Part shown: positions 56,218 to 64,000 of the stretch, piece after piece
How positions within the stretch are numbered: position 1 is the first letter of the stretch
Layout: each line of letters opens with the position of its first letter
Virus genome (UHGV): UHGV-1359874
Strand: one strand, 5' to 3'
Source: a virus
Length of the DNA stretch: 64,000 nt
The notes under the pieces: model-generated
Told to the model about the DNA's origin: nothing
Databases searched by the model: none
What the model saw: the letters and a program-made list of their open reading frames with translations, nothing else
Program-made: the position numbers and the translations under genes

Positions 56218-58537
56218 TTTTGTTGAGGAAATGTCACAGGATTTTCTGGACTATTGCTATCAGACAAATGCAGAACGAGCTTTTCCCGCAATTGATGGAC
56301 TGAAACCTGGTCAGCGAGCCTGTCTCTACGAAATGTATCGAAAAAATTATCTTCCTACTAAGCCTCATGTTAAGTCAGCAAAAGTTGATGGCGGTGTCGT
56401 TGCAGAACTTTGGCCTCATGGTAATACAGCAATCTATGAGACTTTTGCGCGTATGGCTCAGCCTTTTACTAACAATGTCCCGCTTTGTGAGTTTCATGGT
56501 TCTTGCGGCAATCAGATTATTCCTGAACCTGCCGCAGACCGTTATACTGAGGTAAGACTTAGTAAGATGGGCCTTTCAATGTTTGAAGGAATTAAGAAAA
56601 AGAATGTTCCTTTTATTCTTAACTTCGATGAGACTCTTGAGTGGCCAGAAGTTCTTCCTTCAACGCTACCTTGGCTGATGATTAATGGTAGTGAAGGTAT
56701 CGGTACTACTATTAGTCAGCATTGGCTTTGTTACGATTTAGCAGAGGTTTCAAATGCTTACAAACAGTATTTGACTGAAGGAACTCTTGATTATACTCTT
56801 GCACCTTCTTTTCCATCTGGTGGTACAATTATTAACAAGAATGATTTGCCTACTATTCTTAAAACTGGTAAGGGTAAAGCAATTCTTCGAGCAAAAGCAA
56901 GTATTAACAAAAATGTAATTTCTATTACTGAAATTTGCTATCAAACCTGTGTCCGTGATTTGATGGAAGAATTTAAAAAACTTTATGAAGCAGACGAGCT
57001 TGAGGGTGTTGAAGATATTCAAAATGTATCTGGTAAAAAAGGTATCAACATCCAAATTATTTGTGAAAAGAATGCAAACCCCGATAAAGTGCTAAGTATG
57101 CTTTATCGCAAGACTAATTTGCAAAAGAGTTATTCAGCAAATCAAAATATCCTTATTGATAAAATTCCCCAAATGGTTAATATGGAGCAGTATTTTCAGC
57201 TTTTGAAAAAGCATAATGAAAGCTGTCTTATTAAAGAATGTGAATTTGATTTTAATAAGGACATGAAACGTAAAGAGGAATGTGAAGGTTTGATTATTGC
57301 TATTGCGGATATTGATAATATTATTAATATTGTTCGTAATAGTGAAGATAAAATTACTGCTCAGATTGCTCTTATTAAGAAGTATAATTTTACTGAGTTA
57401 CAGGCTAATACTATTCTTAAAATGACTATTGGTCAGCTAACTAAGCTAGATGGCAGTAAAATTGAGAAAGAACTTGAAACTCTTAAAGGTGAAATCAAAA
57501 AACTTAAATTCATTATGAATAATGAATCTGAGCAGTTAAGGATTATCGTTGACAGAATTGAAAGTCTTGTTAAAACTTATAAGGGTAAAAGAACTACTGA
57601 GGTCACTCAGATTGATATAACTCCTGAAGCAAAAGAAATTGAAGCTGTAACACCCGAGGATGTTGTTGTGGTTTTGTCTCGCACCGGTGAGATTAAGCGG
57701 GTCCCCGCAAAATCTTTCAAAGTTCAGCGTAAGAATGGTAAAGGTGCTAAATCTGCGGATGATGCAATCCTTGACATTATTTCAACTAACACTATTGATA
57801 CTCTAATGCTCTTTACTAATAAAGGTAGAATGTTTAGAATGTTAGTTGATACCATTCCTTCTTCTACTAATGCGGGAAAGGGTGTGCGAGTAGGCTCGCT
57901 TATTAGTCTGGAATCTAATGAGTCAGTTATGGCTATTACATCACTTTATCGTAAGAGTACGGCTAAGTACGTTGTGTTCTTTACTAAGAATGGAACAATT
58001 AAGAAAACCGCATTGGAAGAATATACCAAAATGAAAAAGAGCACTGGTGTTCCTGCAATTAAACTTGCAGATGGAGATGCTATTGCAAATGTTACATTCC
58101 TTAATGACGAGGAAGTAATTCTTCTAACTAAGGGCGGCATGGCAATTCATTTTAATACAGCCTCTATTGCCGCGATTGGTCGAGTAACTGTTGGTGTGAG
58201 GGCCATTAAGCTTATGGATGGAGATGAAGTTCTGGTTGGACTTCCTGTTCATAAGAGTACAGATTGTGTTGCCGTATTCACTCAGGATGGAATGGCAAAG
58301 AAGATGCGGATTCAAGACTTTACATTGCAGGCCCGAGGAGGTAAGGGTGTAAAGTATTGTAAGGTTGATGATATTATTGTCGGTGCGGCAATGGTATCTG
58401 ATGAAGATAATTTGCTATTGATTGGAAAACCTAATACAATTTGCATTTCCGCGAAGGATATTCCTACCTATGATAGATTAGCGGGCGGTAATGTAATGAT
58501 TAAAAATAGCACAATCAATAGTGTAGTAAAGTTGTAA
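56210..58537 (+). CDS. type II DNA topoisomerase breakage-reunion subunit (GyrA/ParC-like)
   Basis: AFPAIDGLKPGQRACLYEM (GyrA N-terminal signature); 775 aa; overlaps B subunit by 8 nt. Confidence 0.9.
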   Translation: MVDFVEEMSQDFLDYCYQTNAERAFPAIDGLKPGQRACLYEMYRKNYLPTKPHVKSAKVDGGVVAELWPHGNTAIYETFARMAQPFTNNVPLCEFHGSCGNQIIPEPAADRYTEVRLSKMGLSMFEGIKKKNVPFILNFDETLEWPEVLPSTLPWLMINGSEGIGTTISQHWLCYDLAEVSNAYKQYLTEGTLDYTLAPSFPSGGTIINKNDLPTILKTGKGKAILRAKASINKNVISITEICYQTCVRDLMEEFKKLYEADELEGVEDIQNVSGKKGINIQIICEKNANPDKVLSMLYRKTNLQKSYSANQNILIDKIPQMVNMEQYFQLLKKHNESCLIKECEFDFNKDMKRKEECEGLIIAIADIDNIINIVRNSEDKITAQIALIKKYNFTELQANTILKMTIGQLTKLDGSKIEKELETLKGEIKKLKFIMNNESEQLRIIVDRIESLVKTYKGKRTTEVTQIDITPEAKEIEAVTPEDVVVVLSRTGEIKRVPAKSFKVQRKNGKGAKSADDAILDIISTNTIDTLMLFTNKGRMFRMLVDTIPSSTNAGKGVRVGSLISLESNESVMAITSLYRKSTAKYVVFFTKNGTIKKTALEEYTKMKKSTGVPAIKLADGDAIANVTFLNDEEVILLTKGGMAIHFNTASIAAIGRVTVGVRAIKLMDGDEVLVGLPVHKSTDCVAVFTQDGMAKKMRIQDFTLQARGGKGVKYCKVDDIIVGAAMVSDEDNLLLIGKPNTICISAKDIPTYDRLAGGNVMIKNSTINSVVKL

Positions 58538-58546
58538 GGAGATAAA

Positions 58547-60469
58547 ATGTTGGATACATTACGAGAAATGAGAGAACTCATTGAAAAACTTAACAACTAT
58601 ACTAAAGCTTATGATGCGGGTACCCCGTTGATTTCTGATAAAGAGTGGGATAATCTTTATTTCAGACTGAAAAAGATTGAGGAGAACTCCGGGATTATTC
58701 TCGGAGATTCTCCCACTCAGAGTATTCCTTTTACTCAGGTCTCTGCACTGAAAAAGGTTCAGCACAATCATCTAATGCTTTCACTCGATAAGACGAAAAG
58801 TATCGAGGACATCCGCAAATTCGCTAAGCAACCTCTTATCGCAATGTGTAAAATGGATGGTCTCACCTGTTCTCTTCTTTATCGAGACGGTAAGTTGGTA
58901 AGAGCTGAGACCCGCGGCAATGGCGAAGTAGGAGAGGATATTACTCATAATGCTTTGCAGATTAAATCTATTCCTAAGTCTATTGCTTATCCAAAAGAGC
59001 TAGTTGTAGATGGCGAAGTTATTTGTACATATAAAGATTTTGAACCCTTTGCAAGTGAATATAAGAATCCTCGGAATTTTGCTTCTGGTAGTATTAGACT
59101 TCTTAATTCAAAAGAAAGTGCAAGTCGTAATCTAACTTTTGTTGCATGGGATTGTATCACTGATTTGGCGGGATGCCAGACTCTTTCCGTAAAGCTTCAG
59201 TCCCTTCATGTAATGGGGTTCACTGTGGTTCCTTATACTAGCGGAGACCCGCGAGATTGTATCAATGAAATTAAGGAATGCGCTGAACAAGCTAGTTATC
59301 CTATTGATGGTGTAGTATTCAAGTATAATAACTGTGAATATTATGCTGCTCAAGGTATGACTGGTCATCATGCAAAGGGTGGAATTGCTTATAAGTTTTA
59401 TGATGAAGTATATCCAACTAAGTTGTTGGGTATTGATTATAATGTTAGCCGCAATGGTGTGCTGACTCCAGTTGCATTATTTGAGCCAGTCGAAATTGAA
59501 GGTTCTATTGTGGGTAGGTCTTCTCTTCATAACTTCAGTGTATTGAAAAATCTCTGTGCTGGGCCTATTCATGTTGGTGATTCGATTGGAGTTTACAAAG
59601 CCAATCTTATCATTCCTCAGATTCTAATTTGGGAGAATAATGGAACTGGTTCTGAAATTACACCACCTAAGATCTGTCCGGCTTGTGGCGCCGCAACAGA
59701 AATGATTGAAAGTGATACAGGGGTATTGGAACTTCATTGTACTAATCCTGATTGTTCTTGTCGTTTAATTAATAAGCTTGACCATTTTGCTAGTCGCAAA
59801 GCAATGGATATTAAAGGATTGTCAAAAGCAACTCTTGAAAAGCTTATTAATTGGGGTTGGGTTGATAGTCTTTATGATATTTACAGACTTAGTGAACATT
59901 CTAGTGAATGGAAGCATAAGCCCGGATTTGGTGTCGCATCTGTAAATAAAATTCTTGAAGCTATTGAGAAAAGTAAAGATTGTACTTTAGATAGATTTAT
60001 TACAGCTATTGATATTCCGCTTATTGGTTCTACTATTGCTAAAGATTTGATGAAGCATTTTCATACTTGGCAAGAGTTCAGAAATGCTGTTAAGGAAGAT
60101 TATTCATTCTGGAAACTTCCAGGTTTTGGCGTGGAGATGGATGCTGCCATTACAAGTTTTGATTTTACAGAAGCGGATAGGCTTGCAGAGTTGATGAATT
60201 TCAATAGTGAAGAAACTGTTGAAGTTGAAAGCACTCTTGCGGGAATGAATATTTGTATTACTGGTAAGTTAAAAGAATTTAAGAATAGAGATAGTTTCAT
60301 TGCAGCGGTTGAGGCTCATGGTGGTAAAGTAACTGGGTCTGTATCACGCAAAACCGCAATATTAGTTAATAATGATTCTGAGTCTGAATCTTCAAAAAAT
60401 AAAACCGCAAAATCTTATAATATTCCTATTTTAACTGAGCAAGAATTCATTAAAAAATATTTGAAGTAA
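58547..60469 (+). CDS. ligA: NAD-dependent DNA ligase
   Basis: adenylation motif MCKMDGLTC (KxDG), EGVVFK, Cys4 zinc finger CPACGAA...C..C, C-terminal BRCT. Confidence 0.9.
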   Translation: MLDTLREMRELIEKLNNYTKAYDAGTPLISDKEWDNLYFRLKKIEENSGIILGDSPTQSIPFTQVSALKKVQHNHLMLSLDKTKSIEDIRKFAKQPLIAMCKMDGLTCSLLYRDGKLVRAETRGNGEVGEDITHNALQIKSIPKSIAYPKELVVDGEVICTYKDFEPFASEYKNPRNFASGSIRLLNSKESASRNLTFVAWDCITDLAGCQTLSVKLQSLHVMGFTVVPYTSGDPRDCINEIKECAEQASYPIDGVVFKYNNCEYYAAQGMTGHHAKGGIAYKFYDEVYPTKLLGIDYNVSRNGVLTPVALFEPVEIEGSIVGRSSLHNFSVLKNLCAGPIHVGDSIGVYKANLIIPQILIWENNGTGSEITPPKICPACGAATEMIESDTGVLELHCTNPDCSCRLINKLDHFASRKAMDIKGLSKATLEKLINWGWVDSLYDIYRLSEHSSEWKHKPGFGVASVNKILEAIEKSKDCTLDRFITAIDIPLIGSTIAKDLMKHFHTWQEFRNAVKEDYSFWKLPGFGVEMDAAITSFDFTEADRLAELMNFNSEETVEVESTLAGMNICITGKLKEFKNRDSFIAAVEAHGGKVTGSVSRKTAILVNNDSESESSKNKTAKSYNIPILTEQEFIKKYLK

Positions 60470-60494
60470 TAAATATTTTATGATATAATAAGTT

Positions 60495-60680
60495 ATGAAG
60501 AAAGAAAAGAAGCTAGAAAAAATAGCTAAGAAAATTGCAGAGTTAGAAAATAAAATGGCTACTGGAAAAGATACTGAATTGTGTGAAAATCAGATTATGG
60601 AGCTATCTAAAAATCTAACACTGGAAGAAATGCTTGCGATTGATGATTATATTATGTCTAAACGACTTGTAAAAAGATAA
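60495..60680 (+). CDS. small coiled-coil protein
   Basis: ORF track. Confidence 0.4.
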   Translation: MKKEKKLEKIAKKIAELENKMATGKDTELCENQIMELSKNLTLEEMLAIDDYIMSKRLVKR

Positions 60681-60796
60681 TTTAATTAATTTGAAAGTTA
60701 TAAAATTTTATGATATAAGAAATCATCAATCAAATGATAATAAATCATTTATCGAAAAAATAAATTTTATATATATTTAAAGGAGTTTTATTTATT

Positions 60797-61096
60797 ATGG
60801 CACTGAAGGAAAATGCTCGTCTGGTTTACAATTTTGTTATGAAGCACGATGGTGAGAATTTCACCGCTAATGATATTGCTGAGGCCACTGGTCTGGGTAT
60901 TAAGAGCGTGAATGGTATTGTTACTTCCGCTTTCCAGCGTAAGGGTCTAATGGAGCGCGTTCCCGCTGAGATTGAGGTTGAGGATGCTGAGGGTAATGTG
61001 AGTCATAAGGCTGTTAAGTTTATTCGTGGTACCGAGGCTCTGAAGTCCTTCGATCCCGATGCTGAGCCTGTGAAGCCCGCTAAGGACGAGGAGTAA
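60797..61096 (+). CDS. small winged-helix-like DNA-binding protein
   Basis: TANDIAEATGLGIKSVNGIVTS HTH-like; terminator 61116-61146. Confidence 0.5.
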   Translation: MALKENARLVYNFVMKHDGENFTANDIAEATGLGIKSVNGIVTSAFQRKGLMERVPAEIEVEDAEGNVSHKAVKFIRGTEALKSFDPDAEPVKPAKDEE

Positions 61097-61115
61097 TTTA
61101 ACTCTTAAACATACA

Positions 61116-61146
61116 ATGAGCTAGGCTTCGGTCTAGCTCATTTTTC
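61116..61146 (+). terminator. rho-independent terminator
   Basis: tgagctaggc-ttcg-gtctagctca + T5. Confidence 0.7.
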
Positions 61147-61164
61147 ATATGAGGACTTTGAAAA

Positions 61165-62127
61165 ATGAATATTCAAACAATTATTATGGGAATTATTGAT
61201 GCGGCGGTTCTGCTTTGCAGTTTTTTTATTCTGTGGAAAGCAAAAAGTATTAAAATAGAAAAGAATACACAAATTACAGAGGAAAAAGCGGAACTTGAAA
61301 AAATTTTAACTCAAAAAGCCGACGCCGCAGAGACTGTAAAAAGTCTAAATAAAGAAATATCTGAATTAGATATTTCAAGAGCTAATAAGTTAAAAGGACT
61401 TACAGAAGATTATCAGCAGCAACAAGAGAAAATGCGACAAAGTTTAAAACTTTATCAAGATTCATTAGATTCTAATAAGTCTAGTTATATTGATAGAGTG
61501 GAATCGGCTTATTCTCAAACTGAGTCTAGATACCAGCAATGGGTAAAAAATATTCAATCTCAACAAGATATTTATCAGAAACAGCTAGATTCAATCCGTG
61601 CAACAGTGACTGCCGCAAATCAAGCAATTCAAAGAGCTAATGAAGATAAACTTAAAAAGAGTAAGTATATGCTTCAAGTAAGTGATAAATCACTTAAAGA
61701 GATTAACATTATTCGTTCTGTTGAAGATAAACTTACTGATCCTAGACCTTTACGGATGATTATCTGGTCTACCTATTTCTCTAAACCTGCAAATGATTTA
61801 TGTACAAGAGTATTAGGTAAAAATACTATAATGGGTATTTATAAGATTACGAATAATATTACAAATATGACTTATATTGGTCAGTCAAAAGATATAAAGA
61901 CTAGATGGCGTGATCATATGAAATGCGGTTTAGGTATTGATACACCTGCGGGTAATAAGTTATATGCCGCAATGATACAAGATGGAATTGAGAATTTTAC
62001 TTTTGAATTGTTAGAAACTTGTTTATCAAATGAATTAGATGAAAAAGAAAAATTATATATTGAATTATATGATTCTTATAATTTTGGATACAATTTAACA
62101 AAAGGTAATTCAAAGAAGGAGAAATAA
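61165..62127 (+). CDS. membrane-anchored coiled-coil protein with C-terminal GIY-YIG nuclease domain
   Basis: N-terminal TM IIMGIIDAAVLLCSFFILW; ~170 aa coiled coil; GIYKITNNITNMTYIGQSKDIKTRWRDH...GN.LY. Confidence 0.6.
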   Translation: MNIQTIIMGIIDAAVLLCSFFILWKAKSIKIEKNTQITEEKAELEKILTQKADAAETVKSLNKEISELDISRANKLKGLTEDYQQQQEKMRQSLKLYQDSLDSNKSSYIDRVESAYSQTESRYQQWVKNIQSQQDIYQKQLDSIRATVTAANQAIQRANEDKLKKSKYMLQVSDKSLKEINIIRSVEDKLTDPRPLRMIIWSTYFSKPANDLCTRVLGKNTIMGIYKITNNITNMTYIGQSKDIKTRWRDHMKCGLGIDTPAGNKLYAAMIQDGIENFTFELLETCLSNELDEKEKLYIELYDSYNFGYNLTKGNSKKEK

Positions 62128-62128
62128 T

Positions 62129-62800
62129 ATGGGTAAAATTACTATTTGTAAAGAAACAACAAAAAATCCTCTAGTTGCTATGGGCTTCTATTCTGGCGTT
62201 TGTTATGGTTCAGATATTTCAAATGAAGAAAAGAACAAAAAGCGGGGTATTCAATGTCTAAAAGATAATCACGGAAGAACTTTAGAAATTCCTCAAGTAT
62301 ATTTAATTATTGATGGATATTCAGCAAGGTTACTTCGACAGATTTACACTCATATAGCTGGGTCTCCAACTCGCCTTCAGGCTTCAACTCGTTATATCCC
62401 TTATGAAGGATTTGAATATATTATTCCTCCTGCTATTGAAAAAAATCAATCCGCAAAAGAAGAATATATTATTGCAATGAGCAATATTCAAGAGGCATAT
62501 GAAACTTTACTTGACCAAGGAATTAGTAAAGAAGATGTAGCAAATCTATTGCCGCTAGGTATGAAATCTAAAATGGTTCTTCGTACCAATGCTCGTCATC
62601 TAATTGATATGAGTCATCAGCGACTTTGTACTAGAGCTTATTGGGAATATCGTGAATTTATGAAAGATTTAATGGAAGCTTTAAGTAATTATTCAGAAGA
62701 ATGGAAATACATTGTTGATAATTATTTCATTCCTAAGTGCGAGCTTTATGGCTATTGTACAGAACATAATTCTTGCGGGCGGAAACCAAAGTTTGATTGA
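62129..62800 (+). CDS. thyX: flavin-dependent thymidylate synthase (ThyX-like, non-canonical RHR motif)
   Basis: ThyX-like blocks YSARLLRQIYTHIAGSPTRLQASTRY and MVLRTNARHLIDMSHQRLCTRA; canonical RHR appears replaced by THI. Confidence 0.7.
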   Translation: MGKITICKETTKNPLVAMGFYSGVCYGSDISNEEKNKKRGIQCLKDNHGRTLEIPQVYLIIDGYSARLLRQIYTHIAGSPTRLQASTRYIPYEGFEYIIPPAIEKNQSAKEEYIIAMSNIQEAYETLLDQGISKEDVANLLPLGMKSKMVLRTNARHLIDMSHQRLCTRAYWEYREFMKDLMEALSNYSEEWKYIVDNYFIPKCELYGYCTEHNSCGRKPKFD

Positions 62801-62862
62801 TTTTATATTAAAATTATGATATAATATCCATAGAAGATAAGAAGAAAGGTTTAACATTTTAT

Positions 62863-63240
62863 ATGACAAAGAAGGATAAGTTCATTCAGAATATAAATGA
62901 ACTCATTAACCGCAACAAAGAATCTTTTATGGAACAATGTGGTTCAGATTTTGAAGATGTAATGAGCTATTTTGCAGATATTCAAAAATCTAAAGGTTCG
63001 GTAGGAATTACCGAACAAGGTAAGAAAGTCCTTCAGTTTATGCAAGAGCAATGTGTAGCCATGAATAATGATTTTACTTCATCTGCTATTGCTCAAGGAT
63101 TGTTTACTAGTGGACGCTCTATTGCGGGTTCTACTAGAAAATTAATTACTGATGGATATGTAGAAAAGACTACTGCTGAAAATGATAAAGTTCATTATCA
63201 TTTAACAGAATTTGGAAAAAATCTTACATTTGAAGATTAA
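62863..63240 (+). CDS. small MarR-like winged-helix protein
   Basis: FTSSAIAQGLFTSGRSIAGSTRKLITDGYVEK. Confidence 0.5.
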   Translation: MTKKDKFIQNINELINRNKESFMEQCGSDFEDVMSYFADIQKSKGSVGITEQGKKVLQFMQEQCVAMNNDFTSSAIAQGLFTSGRSIAGSTRKLITDGYVEKTTAENDKVHYHLTEFGKNLTFED

Positions 63241-63319
63241 ATAAAAATATGATATAATAAAATATAAATATTGATGATAATTAATAAGAATTGTAAAATT
63301 AAAGGAGTTTATATAAAAT

Positions 63320-64000
63320 ATGCGTGATAATGCTAATAGTGTAAAGATTATCGGTTATCTCTATGATATTTCTAAGATGTCTCTGCGTACTTCTGGTCCT
63401 GACTCCAAGCATCCTGGTACTGAGTATATTAAGGGTGAAATGAATATTGCGGTGGATGAGAAGGGTTTAAATGTTATTCCTGTTCGTTTTAATTATATGA
63501 CTGCATTTTATGGTAAGAAGGACAAGAACGGAAATCCCAAGCCTAATCGGACTTTTGCGACTATTAAAAAGATGATCGAGGAGCCTAAGACTTGGTTGAA
63601 GGATGGTAAGGATGGCGCTTATAAGGTCGAGATTAGTGGTTCTCTTGACTTGAACGATTTTATTTCTAGTGATAATAAGCGCGTTAGTGCTCCTTGTGTA
63701 AGTGGTAGTTTTCTAGATGTAGTTCAGCAGATTGATCCTGATGAAAGCGCTCGTAATAAATTTGTTGCTGATATGGTTATTACCCGCGTGAATCATGTTG
63801 ATGCTGATCCTGAAAAGAATATTGAAAAGGATTACACTACTATTGGAGGTGCAGTGTTTAGTTATTACAAGGCGCTGCTGCCCATGGAATTTAAGGTAAC
63901 TAATCCCGCAGGTATGAATTTGTTTGAAGATATGGATATTTCTAACAGTGAACCTGTTTACATCAAGGTATGGGGTCATATTTATAATACTACTATTAAG
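63320..64000 (+). CDS. hypothetical protein, 3'-truncated by window end
   Basis: RBS aaaggagtttatataaaatATG; open frame to window end; absent from ORF track because no stop in window. Confidence 0.45.
   Translation, partial: MRDNANSVKIIGYLYDISKMSLRTSGPDSKHPGTEYIKGEMNIAVDEKGLNVIPVRFNYMTAFYGKKDKNGNPKPNRTFATIKKMIEEPKTWLKDGKDGAYKVEISGSLDLNDFISSDNKRVSAPCVSGSFLDVVQQIDPDESARNKFVADMVITRVNHVDADPEKNIEKDYTTIGGAVFSYYKALLPMEFKVTNPAGMNLFEDMDISNSEPVYIKVWGHIYNTTIK

Overview
This window is about 30% GC and reads as a long segment of a large bacteriophage genome, probably infecting a low-GC (Firmicutes-like) host; coordinates I derived by hand are ±2 nt. Most ORFs are small and hypothetical, and they sit behind two recurring promoter classes.

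Layout:
- 1–11.7 kb (+): short early genes, each behind a sigma-70-like TTGACA-N17-TATAcT promoter and closed by a rho-independent terminator. Dispersed repeat elements and palindromic, origin/operator-like regions are interspersed.
- 12.2–21.6 kb (−): a block of hypothetical genes that includes one of a pair of divergent paralogs. This block and everything from 21.7 kb on the + strand carry a strongly conserved extended −10 element (TnTGTTATAATATATAcATAAGAAAGAG), presumably read by the phage-encoded sigma-70 family factor at 30080–30991.
- Recognisable genes in 21.7–64 kb (+), in order: FolD; two metallophosphoesterases; an SH3b/3D cell-wall protein; nucleotidyltransferase paralogs flanking an HNH endonuclease; an RNA-ligase + polynucleotide-kinase + phosphoesterase RNA-repair cassette; PIN–PhoH; bacterial-type topoisomerase II B and A subunits; NAD-dependent DNA ligase; a TM–coiled-coil–GIY-YIG protein; ThyX; several small wHTH proteins.
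- A vWA/TROVE-like gene lies in two ORFs around a GIY-YIG/NUMOD homing endonuclease.
- An inverted (−) tail-fibre module (collagen-like fibre, GT2 glycosyltransferase, Ala-rich fibre) spans 39.8–45.1 kb.

Most unusual is the 5.5 kb tRNA island at 31.0–36.9 kb (~15 tRNAs):
- A tRNA-Leu(UAA) is interrupted at position 34/35 by a 227-nt group-I-like intron.
- Two other tRNAs each carry a 63–71-nt insert in the anticodon loop. The inserts are homologous and fold into a tRNA-like minihelix (7-bp terminal stem + T-arm + N-CCA/CUA), with compensatory base changes between the two copies.
- The island also holds free-standing mini tRNA-like fragments and about 1 kb of ORF-free, promoter-driven sequence that may encode a large structured RNA.

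Together with the RNA-repair cassette and the TROVE/vWA-like protein, this suggests an elaborate, possibly undescribed RNA-processing system.
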